The translations under genes and the position numbers were made by a program. The notes beneath the pieces were generated by a model. It made no database searches. It was not told where the DNA came from and saw nothing but the letters and a program-made list of their open reading frames with translations. From Podarcis cretensis (Eukaryota): a DNA stretch of 64,000 nt. The DNA lies in assembly GCA_951804945.1 (NCBI GenBank), contig OX638152.1, forward strand, positions 20,708,001-20,772,000. Reading direction: 5' to 3'. Position 1 is the stretch's first letter. Every line of letters begins with the position of its first letter. Positions 1-13,500 of this stretch are shown in pieces.

Positions 1-71
1 ATAGGGAAAGAGGTCACAAAGACCCTTTTGTTCACATGAGGAAGTATTAAGAGTAGTGGAAAAGCAGAATA

Positions 72-225
72 CATAGGTGCCTTATATTGAGTCAGACAAT
101 TGTTTCTCCCAGTTCAGTACTATCTACACTGCCAGGCAGCTGATATTCAGGATTTCAGACAAGATGCTCTCCCTGCCCCACCTGGAGATGCTGCGGTTTG
201 AAACTGGGACCATCTGCATGCAAGT
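72..225 (-). mobile_element. Squam3-type tRNA-derived SINE, degenerate
   Basis: Reverse complement resembles the recalled Squam3 body and tail (GCATGCAGATGGTCCCAG...GTGTAGATAGTACTG...TCTGACTCAATATAAGGCA). Confidence 0.6.
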
Positions 226-3200
226 CTAGATTTAAAATGCACAACCGTTTTTAATGAGGAATTTTTATAGTCAATGGAAACTTTTATCCCACTGGTTTCA
301 ATCTCAGTCTACAATCCTGTGGAAAACTTGAAAATCTTGACATAAATTTGGAACAACTTCTCAACAAACCACAATAAGTTTTCCTAGGTCATGCATCATA
401 ACCACCTAATCAAGTTATCTATCCTATGTCATAACATGTGGTAAAAACAAAGGCAGAAATGACACGGCAGTATCAAAGCTCAAAATTGCGGCTTTATAAC
501 TTGACAAATCTTTTCACCCTTCTCCCCGTAAATATATACCTATGATTGGCAACTGATTTTCTTCTTGTGGGATGGAAAGACCGCACTTGGAATTGAGCAA
601 GCCTAAATTACAGATTTGTTTATAGTTGTTCATAAAATGCTGGACACACGTTTCCGTTTTTGCTATTAGCAGAAACTTTCTAGTTGTCTCAAGACTTAAG
701 ATCACTAGAGCTCCTACCTTCTACATTCCAGAAAGCTAAAGACACATACAAATTGCATTTCAGCATACATTTTTTTAAAAAAGAAAGGTTTTACAAAAAG
801 TCAATCAGCCGTGTCCCTGAATTTGTTGAATTTGAGTACATTTTGTAAGCAGTCCCAGCACTGACCTCTCAAAGATAAAACATTGAAGACAATTGAGCCT
901 AATGAATGCAGTTCTTTCAGGCAGCTGAACCATGGCTTCAGGTTCTTGCCACAACAAACTCATTCACTGTGTGTCAGTAATTATTAACATCTTCATGGGA
1001 ATACTATTCTGTTTGGTACCATCATTTCCACAGTTGGCAACAAGTGCTTTTGCTAAATTAACCCATCACACCAAAGAAACGGAGAATAACTCCATTATTC
1101 TGTGATGAAATCAATTGGAGACTCGGTATCTGGTATCTGTAAGTTGCTTGTTTCACAGGGATTTAAACACTTAAGCTCCCCACTCCTCCCCATTCTTGTC
1201 CATTTCATGGACTCGGGTGCTCTACAAATTTGATGGACAAAAAGAAACACCTGACTAAAGTAAGTTGGTAGGAAACCAATAGAAGCTAGATTTCACCAAT
1301 CTAGTCAAATGGGACCTATGAAGATTTATGGAGAATTTATCACCTTGATGGTTGAGAGATTTTCTTCAGCGTGAGTGGGTATCCATACCTTACCCATAAT
1401 TTTCCACTGTCAATAGTTAACATGGATGATTGACTGTAGAACCTGTATCCCTCCCCTCCCAAAAAAGGCCTGAAGTTTGCATATGTTGAGCCCCCCTTTA
1501 AAATTAGTTTTGGTTAAAAAATTTCTTGTGTTACAAATCAAACCTTCTTATGCTACCACAGTATTTGGAAGTATTCCAGTTTTAATTAGTGTCTGATAAC
1601 TGAACACTGAATATTTTTCTTTCTCTCTGTCTTTACTTAAAAAAAAAAGCAATATGGAAAAGCTTCTCTCAACGTAATTCTATCTTCTTGCAGAAGTGGC
1701 TCTTAACATGTAACATACACCCATTATCATTTTAATAGTATATTGGTATTTTAAAAACCACTCACAAAAAACAAGGTCTAAATCCCTGAAACATGGTTTT
1801 ATTATAAGAATAGTGATAAAACCTCAGAGATACAAGTCATACACAGCGAGTTGATACCTTCACATTAAGTAAAGACACTGGCAATGGTGGAAACAACAGT
1901 CTGTCGATTTACCATGTTAATACCAGCTCCTTTGGGCTAGTTTTTTAAAAAATCACTTGAATCACTTGAATTAAAAGATGGTTTTGTTTACATTATAAAC
2001 ATAGTTGCGCTTTCCTGATTCTTATCTTGAGACTTTAAAAACCTGAGAGAAAGGTTTTCTAAAGCACAACACAAAGGACTGGATGCCAATTAGAATGACT
2101 TGATGGTTCAATCCTATGCATGCTTGCTCTGAGGTCTGCCCCATTTTCTTCGGGGTTTAATCCCCAAGAGATTGTGCATATCACTGGTAGACGTAATTAG
2201 GATGGGGACATGTTGGAGGGGAAGCACCATGGCAAAAAACCAGGGGAGGAGAATGACCTTGTGGCGACCCGTGCCTTATCACTAGATGCAATTTCAAGCT
2301 GCTCCATCCCATCAGTATCAGAGCACGAGAAAGTGCCCATACCAGAGGCCAGTCCAGCGCCAACTGTGACAGGCCTCCCTCGGGGCTGTACTTCTTTTAA
2401 AGGCTGCATTGCCCTCTTTTGGAAAGACATCATCCTAAATCATAGCCTGTCCTGGGAAACACCAAAAAAGATTTTACGAAGGATTTGGGTTTGGAACAGT
2501 AAATAGCACTTTGCAAAAGCAATCTCTTAAAGAAAACATCTCATGTCTCATTTAGACACTCTGCAGCATTTTTCATATCCACGATATTAATCTGATAATG
2601 CATTTTCTTCTGCCCACTCGCACTCTGGAGGTAATCAAATAGCCATCTTGTACTGTCCAACAGTGTTCCTTTGATGCACAAACTTGCAGCCCAGAACCAC
2701 CAAGTTCAATGGGACTTGCTCCCAGGTGAAATACGCTTAAGACTGCAGACTTAGGATGGTATGGCATCAAATATTAATAAGTGGCTATGTCAATACAAAA
2801 ACAAAAACTGGTACAGACCATGTTCATATGAGGCTAAGAACTCTCCCAAGGTTATCTAAAATGTAATGGCATACACATTAACACAAGCAATGAAGTAAGA
2901 GCAGCAAGTTTGAAATGTTAGATGCTTCCCCTCACTCCAATCTCCTTTTTCCTGTGCAGAATTACAGAAAAGCAAAATAACACAGTGTAAGGTCATCCCT
3001 ATAAGATGACGCAAAACAATTCCAATGACTAACTTGGGTCACATACACCTGAACAGCTGGCAGAGCTGCAAAAGAAATAGCCCTTTTCTATTGAATACCC
3101 AAAACAGATACTTAAGGACTCTATGATTGGAAGGGGGGAAATGCACCAAAGCAACATCTTGTCTGGACAAAACATTGTGGATATCTTGTACTACCTGAAC

Positions 3201-4273
3201 TTGCTTACAGTGCACACAACACATTTCTCATTATCCTGAGCCAAATACTACCATGTCTCACCTAGCATGGTAAGCTATGGGGGTAATTAATAAAGTTGAC
3301 CTAGATTTGCTAAAAGGATGATGATGTAAACAGAAATAGCATCCTGAGTGGAAGAAGGGATGCAAATGATTTCTTTAACATTCACCATGCCAACTTGTTG
3401 CCATTTCACCTCATATATTTATATATTACAAAATAGGCCTTGGGAATTCCTATGTTTGACAGACTAAACAGCCAATCTCTCTGTCTCAAGATATATGGAA
3501 GTAGAATTTGAATGTTATGGAAGTTATGATGGTGCTCAAATAATAAACAAGAGAGATAGCTGAGTTCAGCTTTCCGCACATGCCTTGATTTTCAATGCAA
3601 CTCAGCACACACAACTGTGCCTTTTCACGTTCTTGCTAAATGGCTATGAAACACATGAGGATATGGCAACTTTTCTTAGTTCAGGCTGAGTAGACACATG
3701 AAATCAGGTAATAAAACCAAAGGTCCCACATTAGGAGATGAAGAGGAAGGAGGATCATCTGCAGTGTTTTCATTAAAGTTCTAGCTCTGCCTTCCTAGGG
3801 TTTTTTTTTTTTTTAAATATTTAGGCCAATTTCTAATCAAACACAGTTTAATGTTTTCAAGGTCCTACAGATGCTACAGACATCACCATCCTTTTAGTAC
3901 CTTTTAACTTAATTCATAATTAAGACAATTATGAATGTTTCATTAGAAGACAAAATGTTGGGAACTGCAGAAAAAAATATTTTAAGGCCATGTCTCCATA
4001 TGAAGCTGTAAACTATGGCACAAGCGATGGTGGGTGTTGGCAAAACACCAGCCAAAGCTTTGACGTTAACATTTCTTCCTAAAAACAATCATTTCATCAG
4101 CGACCTACCATATCAGATTCCTTTACAACTACAATTTTAAACACATCTCCAGGATTCAAACACTCATACAAGATACTTCTGATGCACTCTACAATGTTTT
4201 GGTTTTGAACATGGAAACCACAGTCATATTCAAGGGATATCCTTCACTTTTAAGACTGTTACAAATCTGAATC

Positions 4274-4279
4274 TTTATT
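4274..4279 (-). terminator. Candidate polyadenylation signal (AATAAA) for DCUN1D5
   Basis: First AATAAA on the minus strand, about 215 nt after the stop; more distal signals are possible. Confidence 0.4.
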
Positions 4280-4491
4280 GTTCTGAAATGCTAGAAACTT
4301 AAGACGAAACCCTCCAATTTTCAGTCTCAGAAGAGGTGTGGTTCAATGCCCATTTCACATGTAACAAGGCTTCCTTTAAAAATAAAAGGAAAAAAATGAC
4401 TAAAGTTCATAAGGATGTGAACGCAACCCTTGGTTTTGACTCAGTTTTTGCAACATCACAAGATCCAGCACCTTCTTCAAAGCTGCTCTTG

Positions 4492-4547
4492 CTATGATGC
4501 TTGGCGAACCTTTTGCCACTCCACAAATTCATCAAGAAGAACAGGCC
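4492..4547 (-). CDS. DCUN1D5: DCUN1D5 exon 8 (coding part)
   Basis: [21 protein letters not shown] at 4494-4492. Confidence 0.95.
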
Positions 4548-7500
4548 CTGCAGAAGAAATAATGCCAGTTATAACATGTTGTGTTTTAGCTGAATCATAA
4601 CAAAGACAGAAGGAATTACCGTAAGTCTTAAATCATCTTAACATGTAGCTCTAGCTCAGGAGTGGCTAACCTGTTTCAGCCATCCCTGAGGGCCACATCT
4701 CAGCAGTGGGGAGGTTAATGCATGTGTGCACATACTACACGACCCTCACGTATGCAGCACCCACATTCGCTAGGCATATAGGTAAAGGGTAAAGGGATCC
4801 CTGACCATTAGGTCCAGTCGTGGCCGACTCTGGGGGTGCGGCGCTCACCTCGCTTTATTGGCCGAGGGAGCCAGCGTACAGCTTCCAGGTCATGTGGCCA
4901 GCATGACTAAACTGCTTCTGGCAAACCAGAGCAGCACACAAAAACGCCGTTTACCTTCCTGCTGGAGCGGTACCTATTTATCTACTTGCACTTTGACATG
5001 CTTTCAAACTGCTAGGTTGGCAGGAGCAGGGACCAAGCAGCGGGAGCTCACCCCGTTGCGGGGATTTGAACCAACCAACCTTCTGATCAGCAAGTCCTAG
5101 GCTCTGTGGTTTAACCCAAAGCACCACCTGCGTCCCTATATATAGGGACATAGGCATATACCACCTCACATAAACTCACACATACACTCTCACACAAATA
5201 TGCAGAGATGCATGTTACACATACAGCACTTCCAGCCTTATCCATTCCATTGCGGCTGGAGTGGGAGAAAATCCTGCCTTTCATTTGCACAGAAGGATCA
5301 AAGTAAAAGGCAGCATTCCCACTCACCTGCTCTCCAGCGGTAGGTTGCGGGGAGGATCCTGCCCTTTAAAGAGGAAGCAGGGGACATTCCCTTCAAACTT
5401 AGCACTGCTTGGTGTTTACACTGGGGGTAAAAGATTCCTCTGCCTGCTCTTCAGAGAGGATAACTCTGCCTATTTAGAGAGGGTCTCCAAAGAAAAGGCA
5501 GAGGGATTTTTATTTCCTGATTTCAGTGCCTGAGATTGAGAGATAAATCTGCAGGGATTAAAGTATCACTTAGAGTATTTTAATTGAAATGGGAATACTC
5601 ACATGCCCCATCTTCATCATAGTTGCTAAGATCTGCATGGACAGTTCTGCTGAATTCTAACACATTGTACCACTGATCTTTGTTAATTACTCTGTATTTT
5701 GACTGCTGCAGAAAAATAAGACATCAGGTCTCAGCCCACCATGTGTTGCATATAGAATAATGTGTTCAGTTTTCTTTGCACAAGCCAAGTTATTACAGTA
5801 GCTGAGGAAATGTTTGAGGAAGAAGCAGGTGTGGGGTGGCAGAGCCGCCTTGAAGATTTATTGCCTGGGAATGGGGAGTAATGTTGTGCAAGGCTCAAAG
5901 GAAAGTATGCAAACATGGAAAAGGGCAGCTGGTAGCAAATGACATCATGCGGAGCAGAAAGGCAATGGGGTTGATATGCCTAAGGACCAGGAGCTGAAGT
6001 TGATATAGAAAGCACAGGAAGTTCCAACATTTTTTAAATAGCAAAATAATATGGCCTGGAATAAATTTGTTAGTAGTTGCTTGCCAGCATCCAAAAGGCA
6101 AGCTGATATTGTTTACTCTGACAGCAGAGCTAAAGGAGGCAGAAACCCACCTAAGGGCTGCCTTATCCACAAGACCCACCTAGTGGTGATGCCATGCAAA
6201 TCTAATTCTGCTTGTCCACTCTAAAGTAGTGCCAACAATCATAAAATATTTTGTTTCTTGGGGGTTGAAACATATGTAGGAACCCAAACATTTCTTGTGA
6301 AATATGAAGGTAGGGTGGACATAACCACTAAGCAGATGAAATTTGGTTGATGGTCAGTATAGAAATGGAACTGAGTGTGTATAGAAAGAGGCACTGTCTC
6401 CCATTCCAAAAGCAAAGAGGAAATGAAAAAAGGCTTAAACTGCCTTGCCTATAGTGAGACCAAGAAGGTAAACATTCCTAAACTGGAGATCAGATGAGAT
6501 TTGGTTTTTGTTGTTATTTATGGTGTTTTTGTAGACCTATTCACAAGGCAAATCAAAATATGCAACACCTTTTATTTTTTTAAATGTGTGCTTACCTCCA
6601 AGTATTGGTAAAATACTGAAAACAGAGGCCACGTTCTTCCAAGTAGAAGAGCTAACATAGATTTTGCAGTGTCAATATCCAGACTTCTCTGGTCTTTATC
6701 CTAATGAGATTTAAAAAAAAGGCAGTACTCAGATATAAATGGCAAATTCCTTGCATGTTTTTATAAGGAGAAGATGCACTTACCCTTGCAAAATCGAAGG
6801 CATATCTGTAGATATTCTTAAATGTTGAAATATCATTCAGTTGTGAGCGCAAAAAATCAAATTTACTCTGCAGCTTTTCTGTGCAGTCACATCTTAAAAT
6901 AAAAGATTAAAAAATTACATGCCAAACATTCTATTTGGGGGGAAGGGGAGACAGAAATATATAAAATACACTTTTTCAATGCACGCTTTTAACAAAATAG
7001 TAGAAAAGCATTTAAACTACCAGGATTAGGGCTGCTTCTACAGAGAATATACAAACAGAGGTTCAAAGGACATTCTCAGAACAAGGAGCACTGGAAGGTT
7101 GTACCCTGTCTGGCCTCACTGACCAGTGAAGAATAGTTGCAGTGAGCTTGCTTCCCTCTTGGCTGCCAAAAATATGTTTGCTCTAACCACCAATTGACCT
7201 AGGACTTCAGTGGGGAGGACATTATTACTCTCGTTCAGCTTTCCTCAATGTGGTGCTCTTCATTTGTTTTGGACTATAACTCCTATCAGTCCCAGCCATA
7301 TAAAATAGGAGAAATATTATTATGCATCAAACAGCCTGCAAGTTGATTTTTTTTTTTAACACCTGTATAAATCACACAGTAATAATTCATAGGAGCACTT
7401 GCTTTTCTGATATTTTTTTTAAAGTAGAGTTCACCACAAAGTTCAGTGGTCTTTAAGTTAGGAGCACCAGAAAGTGACAGGACCTTTCCAGGTCAAAGCC

Positions 7501-10500
7501 AAAAGCCTTCTTGATAATAGTGCCCAACATTCCATCTGCTATGCTCTTTGCTAAGATTCTGTAGAAGAAGTTTGCACTTTCAGCCATGCATGAAGATGAT
7601 TTCAAATATAAAAAGCTTACTGTAATGAGGTCATCCCCTTTAACCATTCTTCCTTTGTAAAAAATCCCATGCTTTCAGCCTCCAGTTTCCAGGCTAAAAC
7701 TAGCATAATAATCTGTATGGGAATGGGAAAAAAGGAGAAATTAAAATTCAAGCTATCTGATGGACTGCCTGCACCTGTTTCTGCCTGCTGCACATGGAGA
7801 TCTATAATGGAGGCCCTCCTCATGTGTTCATTTCCTACATCAACAAGGTTGGGCGCCATGAGGGAGAGAGCCTTTTCCATGGTTGTTCCATGGTTTTGGA
7901 ACTCCTGCCAGCAGATCTATGGCAGCCTCCTATGCTTCAAGCCTTTTGGAAGGTCCTAATGACAGACCTCTTCTGATAGGCATGCTGTTCTGTCCCGCAG
8001 GTACTAATGTAGACCAATCAGGACAGAAATATACTGATGATGGTTGTTTCGCATCCTGACTATTTTTTGCTATTGATTTTAATTGTCTGACTGACTGGTT
8101 GTTCTTGGGGACGGGATTCTTATAGTTTTATGTTTGTTGTTGTCAGGGCTGCCCGAGGTCCCAGCTCACAAAGGACCAACGCCAGTCCGTTGTTATATAC
8201 AAAAGTCTTTATTGAAACGCAGTTTCGATTTCAAAGCCGCGGCATGCAGCCCTACGTCTTAAACCCTAGACCGCTGAAGCTCCGTCTGAATCTCCACCCC
8301 CCAGACACCAGTTTAAGACTCTAGCCTTGCTCCACCTCTTCCTTTGCTCTTTCCTCCTCTGGGTCCGCCTGTCCGCTGGGGTCTTACCCTTTCTAGACTC
8401 TTCTGACGCTGAGTCCCCTGAGTCTTCCCCCTCCCTCCGGCGGGCTTTAGGACCTGGTTCCCAATCCGGGTTACCTGCTGTGCCCCGCGCCTGTACATTT
8501 GAACTTGGCGCGCGCGCCCAGCCGGCAACCTTCCTCCTAACCGTTACACTGCTCCTGTCACTGCTTCCCCCTTCAGAGGGGCTAGCTGGACCTGACTTCC
8601 CCTCCGTTCCCTCACTCTGCGATGGAGGCATGGCCAGCCCTGATTCATCTTCTCTCCCTGCTGGAGGAGACACTGGCCCTGATACATGAGATTCTTCCCC
8701 CCCACTACGCTCTGGTGGAGGAGCCGGTCCTGATCTCTCGCTGCTGCTTTGGGAGTCCCCGCTGGCCCCTTGCTTCTGGTGTGTGTCCCCTGGGACCCCC
8801 CTTGCCCTGGCCGTCGGTGCCCCCCTCTGGGAATCTTCTGATTCGCTGGAGAAGCTTATGGAATCTCTCGGGCCACTCTCATACTCCCCTACGCTGCCCT
8901 CAGATTCTTCCCCTTCGCTCTCCATTTCCTCTCTCCCCTGTGCCTCTGCTCCTGAGCCCCTGACAGTTGTACTGATCATATTTTGTAATTTTTATGTAAG
9001 TAGCTTCAGACCAACATCTGGAAAGATGCTCCAATAATAATTTAATAACATATGTTTACAATAAAAACACTATCTATTTAACACCTGGTTTATTTTCTCT
9101 GAACAGCAATACAAATCCACAAGGATTCAAAATGAAGATGTGATTTAAAATTAGCTCAACTGTAGAAGACTTTTCCCCTTAAGTTTTGTGGTGTTATCTT
9201 GGCAAAGATGTAACCAAACCTGTGTTTGTAGAGGTAATGCAAAACCATTTTGTTAGGTAGTTATTGCAATATATAGTTTAATATGTAAGAAAATGAACCA
9301 ATTGCTATTCTTGAGTTTTCTGATACAAAGTAATCGTTAACTAAATGTTAACTAACCGTTAACATTATTGTAATGTCAGGTCTCAATATTTCTGGTCATC
9401 ACGGCAACTGTGCCGCTGCCTTGTGAACAAGGAGACAGGTGACCAGACTTCCTGTAAAATTTGAAGCTGTGGAAGGGTGTGCAAATACAGTATATATCAG
9501 CCTAGCAGTTATAGGGTATTCCAAGATTGCGAGGTAAACTGGGGTTGTTTGGCTGCTTCACTGAGGAGCTGTCTGGTTTAACACTCCTCTGAGCACCCAA
9601 GCTGGTCTGCTCTTTCCTGGCTTTTCCTATAGGAAAGGCTGGTAGAAGGCTGGCTTGGCTGTAGATGCATGGAGGCACTCAACTAACAACAGACTCCTCA
9701 CCTTCCTCTCGTACAGAAAGGGTGGTGGGGAGGATTTATTCAAATGGGAGGGGAGAGAAATCTGGTGACCACAATCTCTGGTTTGGATACCAAGGCCAGC
9801 CAAAATTACAGACCCCTAGATATTGTTATTTATTAAACAACCATTTCTATTAAGAATTTGGTGTGTTCAGTACATATATATATCCAGAGAGAGAGAGAGT
9901 TATAAATATTTTTGGTCTACTTCGATATTTTGTAGCTGCTTGCACAGCTACTGTGAGTCACTCTAAACATCATTTTATGGAAAGGCAGCATAGAAATCTG
10001 ATGAATAGGCATGTGTATTGGAGAACTGGTGAATGGGGAGGGGTTAAGCACATCAATTTCCACCAGTAAAATTAATGCACAATGCAAGTGAAGAAGACGT
10101 TTGTTGGGGAGGAGGAGGAAGACTTGAAAATCTGAGTCTTAACGATTTGCAGGAAATAGCATATTGGTCTTTAGGGACAAGACTTACATTTTCAGGTTCA
10201 ACGCCAATGTCCTCACAGAATTTCTCCATTCCTTCTGGCCCTACCACTTCATCATCACCTTCAAAACAAAAGAAATCAAGCTAACACATGCCATACAAAT
10301 ATCATACTAGTCTTACTTCTGATCAAGCAAAATGCTAGGCAGCACATCCATATTTACAGACACAAGAAGGGTTAAGCACTCCCTGCCTTTGTGCCAGTTA
10401 TCTGCTATAAATTGCCCCTAACCCACATTGTTTTTCAATTGTTCAGACACCTGGGGTCCCTGGACCTAGAACAATGCCACTGAACACATGGCTGCAAATT

Positions 10501-13500
10501 TCACAAGACCAATTTAAACAATACATTGTTGGATATATTTGGTTTAGGACTACTATCCTGAACCAAGAGTCCTAACTGAGAAGCATGTCCTCCAGTTCAT
10601 CAACTCAGTTCACTGTGTGTTTGGAGTGAGATAGCCAAATTTCAACCACCTCAGTATGCCTGAGGGAATGTCATGCCACTGTTTACAGTTCTGAACAAAC
10701 AGAGGCAATTATTCAAGGGACTCTCTTCAATGCTTTCAGTTCAGCCTCAGATTAACCCCTTTTCTGTGAAAGCACAGAGGTCTAAACAAGCTAAGTGGTC
10801 AGTGCAGCGTATCTGATTACACAAAACAGGCTCTCATTCACTTACATACAAAGACACATTAAAACATAATTCTGTAGTTTGGAGCGAGATATAATCATCC
10901 CAAACTGGTGTTCTTCTCAAGAGGCTCCAAATTCTTGATGCTTCAGTATTTCCTTAAGGGTCAGTAGATGTTTATGAGTGAAACAAAAACAGAGCCTGTG
11001 ATAAGAATGGCCTTTTACTGTTGACTGACAAGTGCCAGCAGTGAACCTCATGGACCTTTGGGTAGAAGGGGCAGGCAAACAATGTTAAGGTAAGCAATCA
11101 TTCCTTCAGTAACTGTTTGCAAGGCTGTCTTGCAAGCTTCAAGCGGTTTTAAAAAATTGGACACTGTAGACAAATGCCCCCCACCCTATTATGCTTAAGT
11201 ACGTGTAAGTGAAATAGTAATTTTGAGGAGGAAAGAAACAGCTATCAATTATTACTAAATAACTGAAACAAAAACTAGAATTTAGAAATGTACCAACTTC
11301 ATACCTGCATATTCATAAAACCAAGCCAGGCACTTCTTGCTTGAAAAATGCTCCTCACCACTTATCACTTTACTAGAAGCTTGAGACCTGCAGTAGCTTA
11401 TGAAGACATAAGAAAAACCTACAGTAAATATCACGTCTTGGGAAAATTCCCAATAGCAAGTTATTAAAAACAGGCACACTTTTTTAAAAAAAAACAACCA
11501 CCACCCCAAAGTATACCTAAAATGAATGTGTACTGTTTGATCATGACTTCCTGATTTTTAAAAGTTTCAGAGTGTTTACAGTTTCAGAATGTCAGATTGA
11601 GAGTATTCCTTGCTTCTTCCTCTTCAAGTAAACACGTAAGTATTCCACATTTCAAAGAAACAAACAGCAATACAATGCAGGCTGCTCAAAGATTCCAGCA
11701 TCATTCCTTCCCTGCTGCAGAGTCTGGCTTGTCATGTCATCAAAACTCAGGCTCAGGGTTTGTTTCTCTCCAACTAAACCATGAACTAGAACAAACCTTG
11801 GTTAAATGCTTGCTTGGAGAGAAATCACAAGCTGGGGTTTGGATGACACGACAAGCCAAACTCTGGCTTATTTTGTATGTGGTGTGGCAGCAGCAGGAGC
11901 AACATGGGAACTTTTGAACAGTGTGCACCAACATGCTGCTCATTCACATTAAACCAGTTTGTTTTAAACTACGGTTTTAGGCAGCACACAAACTGGGCCA
12001 CTATATGTTTGAAATCAGAAATAATTTAGGTCCTCACAAAGTGCACTTAATAGTTAAAATAACTAAGTATCTTAGAAAACTTGGAAAACTGCACTGCCAT
12101 TCAGATACACCGCTGAGCAAAGGAGCTCTGCATTTGGAAGTAACCATAACTGATGCAGATCTTGATGTGCATCTCCTCTAGGCAAACTACTGGATGTGCC
12201 TTCTGAAGCATATGGGGATCTGCATCCCTATCATGGCTGCTAACTGTTATGAACAACATTGCTTGCAAGTACAGGCACTAATACTAACTAGTATTAGTAG
12301 AACAAAGGATACACAAAATGATCCATGGGAAATCGAGGAAAAAGCTCTGCCCTCGGACAAGCATTTTCTATTACTTTCTGACCTGACAGTAGCAGTGATC
12401 ATAGATGTAAATTAATGTTGATGGACTATATTCTCAGAAATCGCTAAAATTAAACTCTCTGCTGTTCTGAACCTAGCCTATTTGACATAATGAAGTTCTT
12501 TGGCCACGGAAATGGACTGGCTACTTACTAGAACCTCAAACTGTGTGAAATCTGTTACAACCTGAAGGGGACTCTAGCTTTTGCTATCCATTCACTCAGG
12601 AAAGCAAGTTACTTGTTTCATTTGGTGGTAGACTGGCAACTGAATGAGTTCAGGATGATTTTATATCTCTGTCTTTATATTATGTTATGGTGCCTTGAGT
12701 GCTGTTTTTAATGTTTCAAGTCTTTTGTAGGCAGCTTGAAACCTTATCTAAAAGGCAGGGAACAGAATAAAATTGTTGTAATGTTTTCATCTTAATTATG
12801 TTACCTTGACTGTATGCCCTACTAAATGCAAAGGGACTTATTTTCTATTTTTCAGGCTTAGAAACACATGTCTTCTCAACTGTACACGGCAGCTAAGAGT
12901 CAATGGTTTTTACATGTCATGTAATAATGGTATCTGTGACTAGCAGTTTCATCTGAAAACAAAGTTTCAGGTTTAACTGAAAGTCTGAATCCCAGGTGCC
13001 GCTCATACCCCATGAAGTGAGTATTTTAATGCAAGTCATAACAGTGCTGCACTTCACTCAACTGTTGCTGCTAACAAGCACTTGACAATTTGATGTTTAA
13101 AGTGAAGCATCTAATCCATTCTGTTCCTGAATACATAATGAAACATAGCTTCAAGTACAGAAAAGCAAAGTGCAAGAATTTACTATTCATGGTGTTGCCA
13201 ATTTTGTGCATATGATATCTGCAGAGATGCCTTTAGAATCATGTTGACTTCTGCGTATGACAAATGGCAACCTGGGTAACTGGACTGTCAGAAACTCATC
13301 CTCTAGCAGCCAACACATATGCAGCTAAAGCTGCCCCAAATTGCTTTACTATTTGCCTCTGCCTCCACTTTCCTCCTGCTCCTCTGTTAGTATCCCTCAC
13401 GTTGATGTCAGGTGGTAAGCTCCTCTGGGCAATGGCTTGCTTTATTGTACTCTAAAATGCTGTGGACACTGAAAGCACTATATAAAATTTTCTCTGATGC

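Noticed and set aside
500-4200. Additional gene or exons downstream of DCUN1D5
   Set aside because: The short ORFs show no recognisable protein features or consistent splice structure; the region looks like 3' UTR or intergenic DNA.
9374-9773. Second solo LTR in DCUN1D5 intron 3 (TGTCAGG...ACCACA)
   Set aside because: No TSD or convincing terminal inverted repeat.
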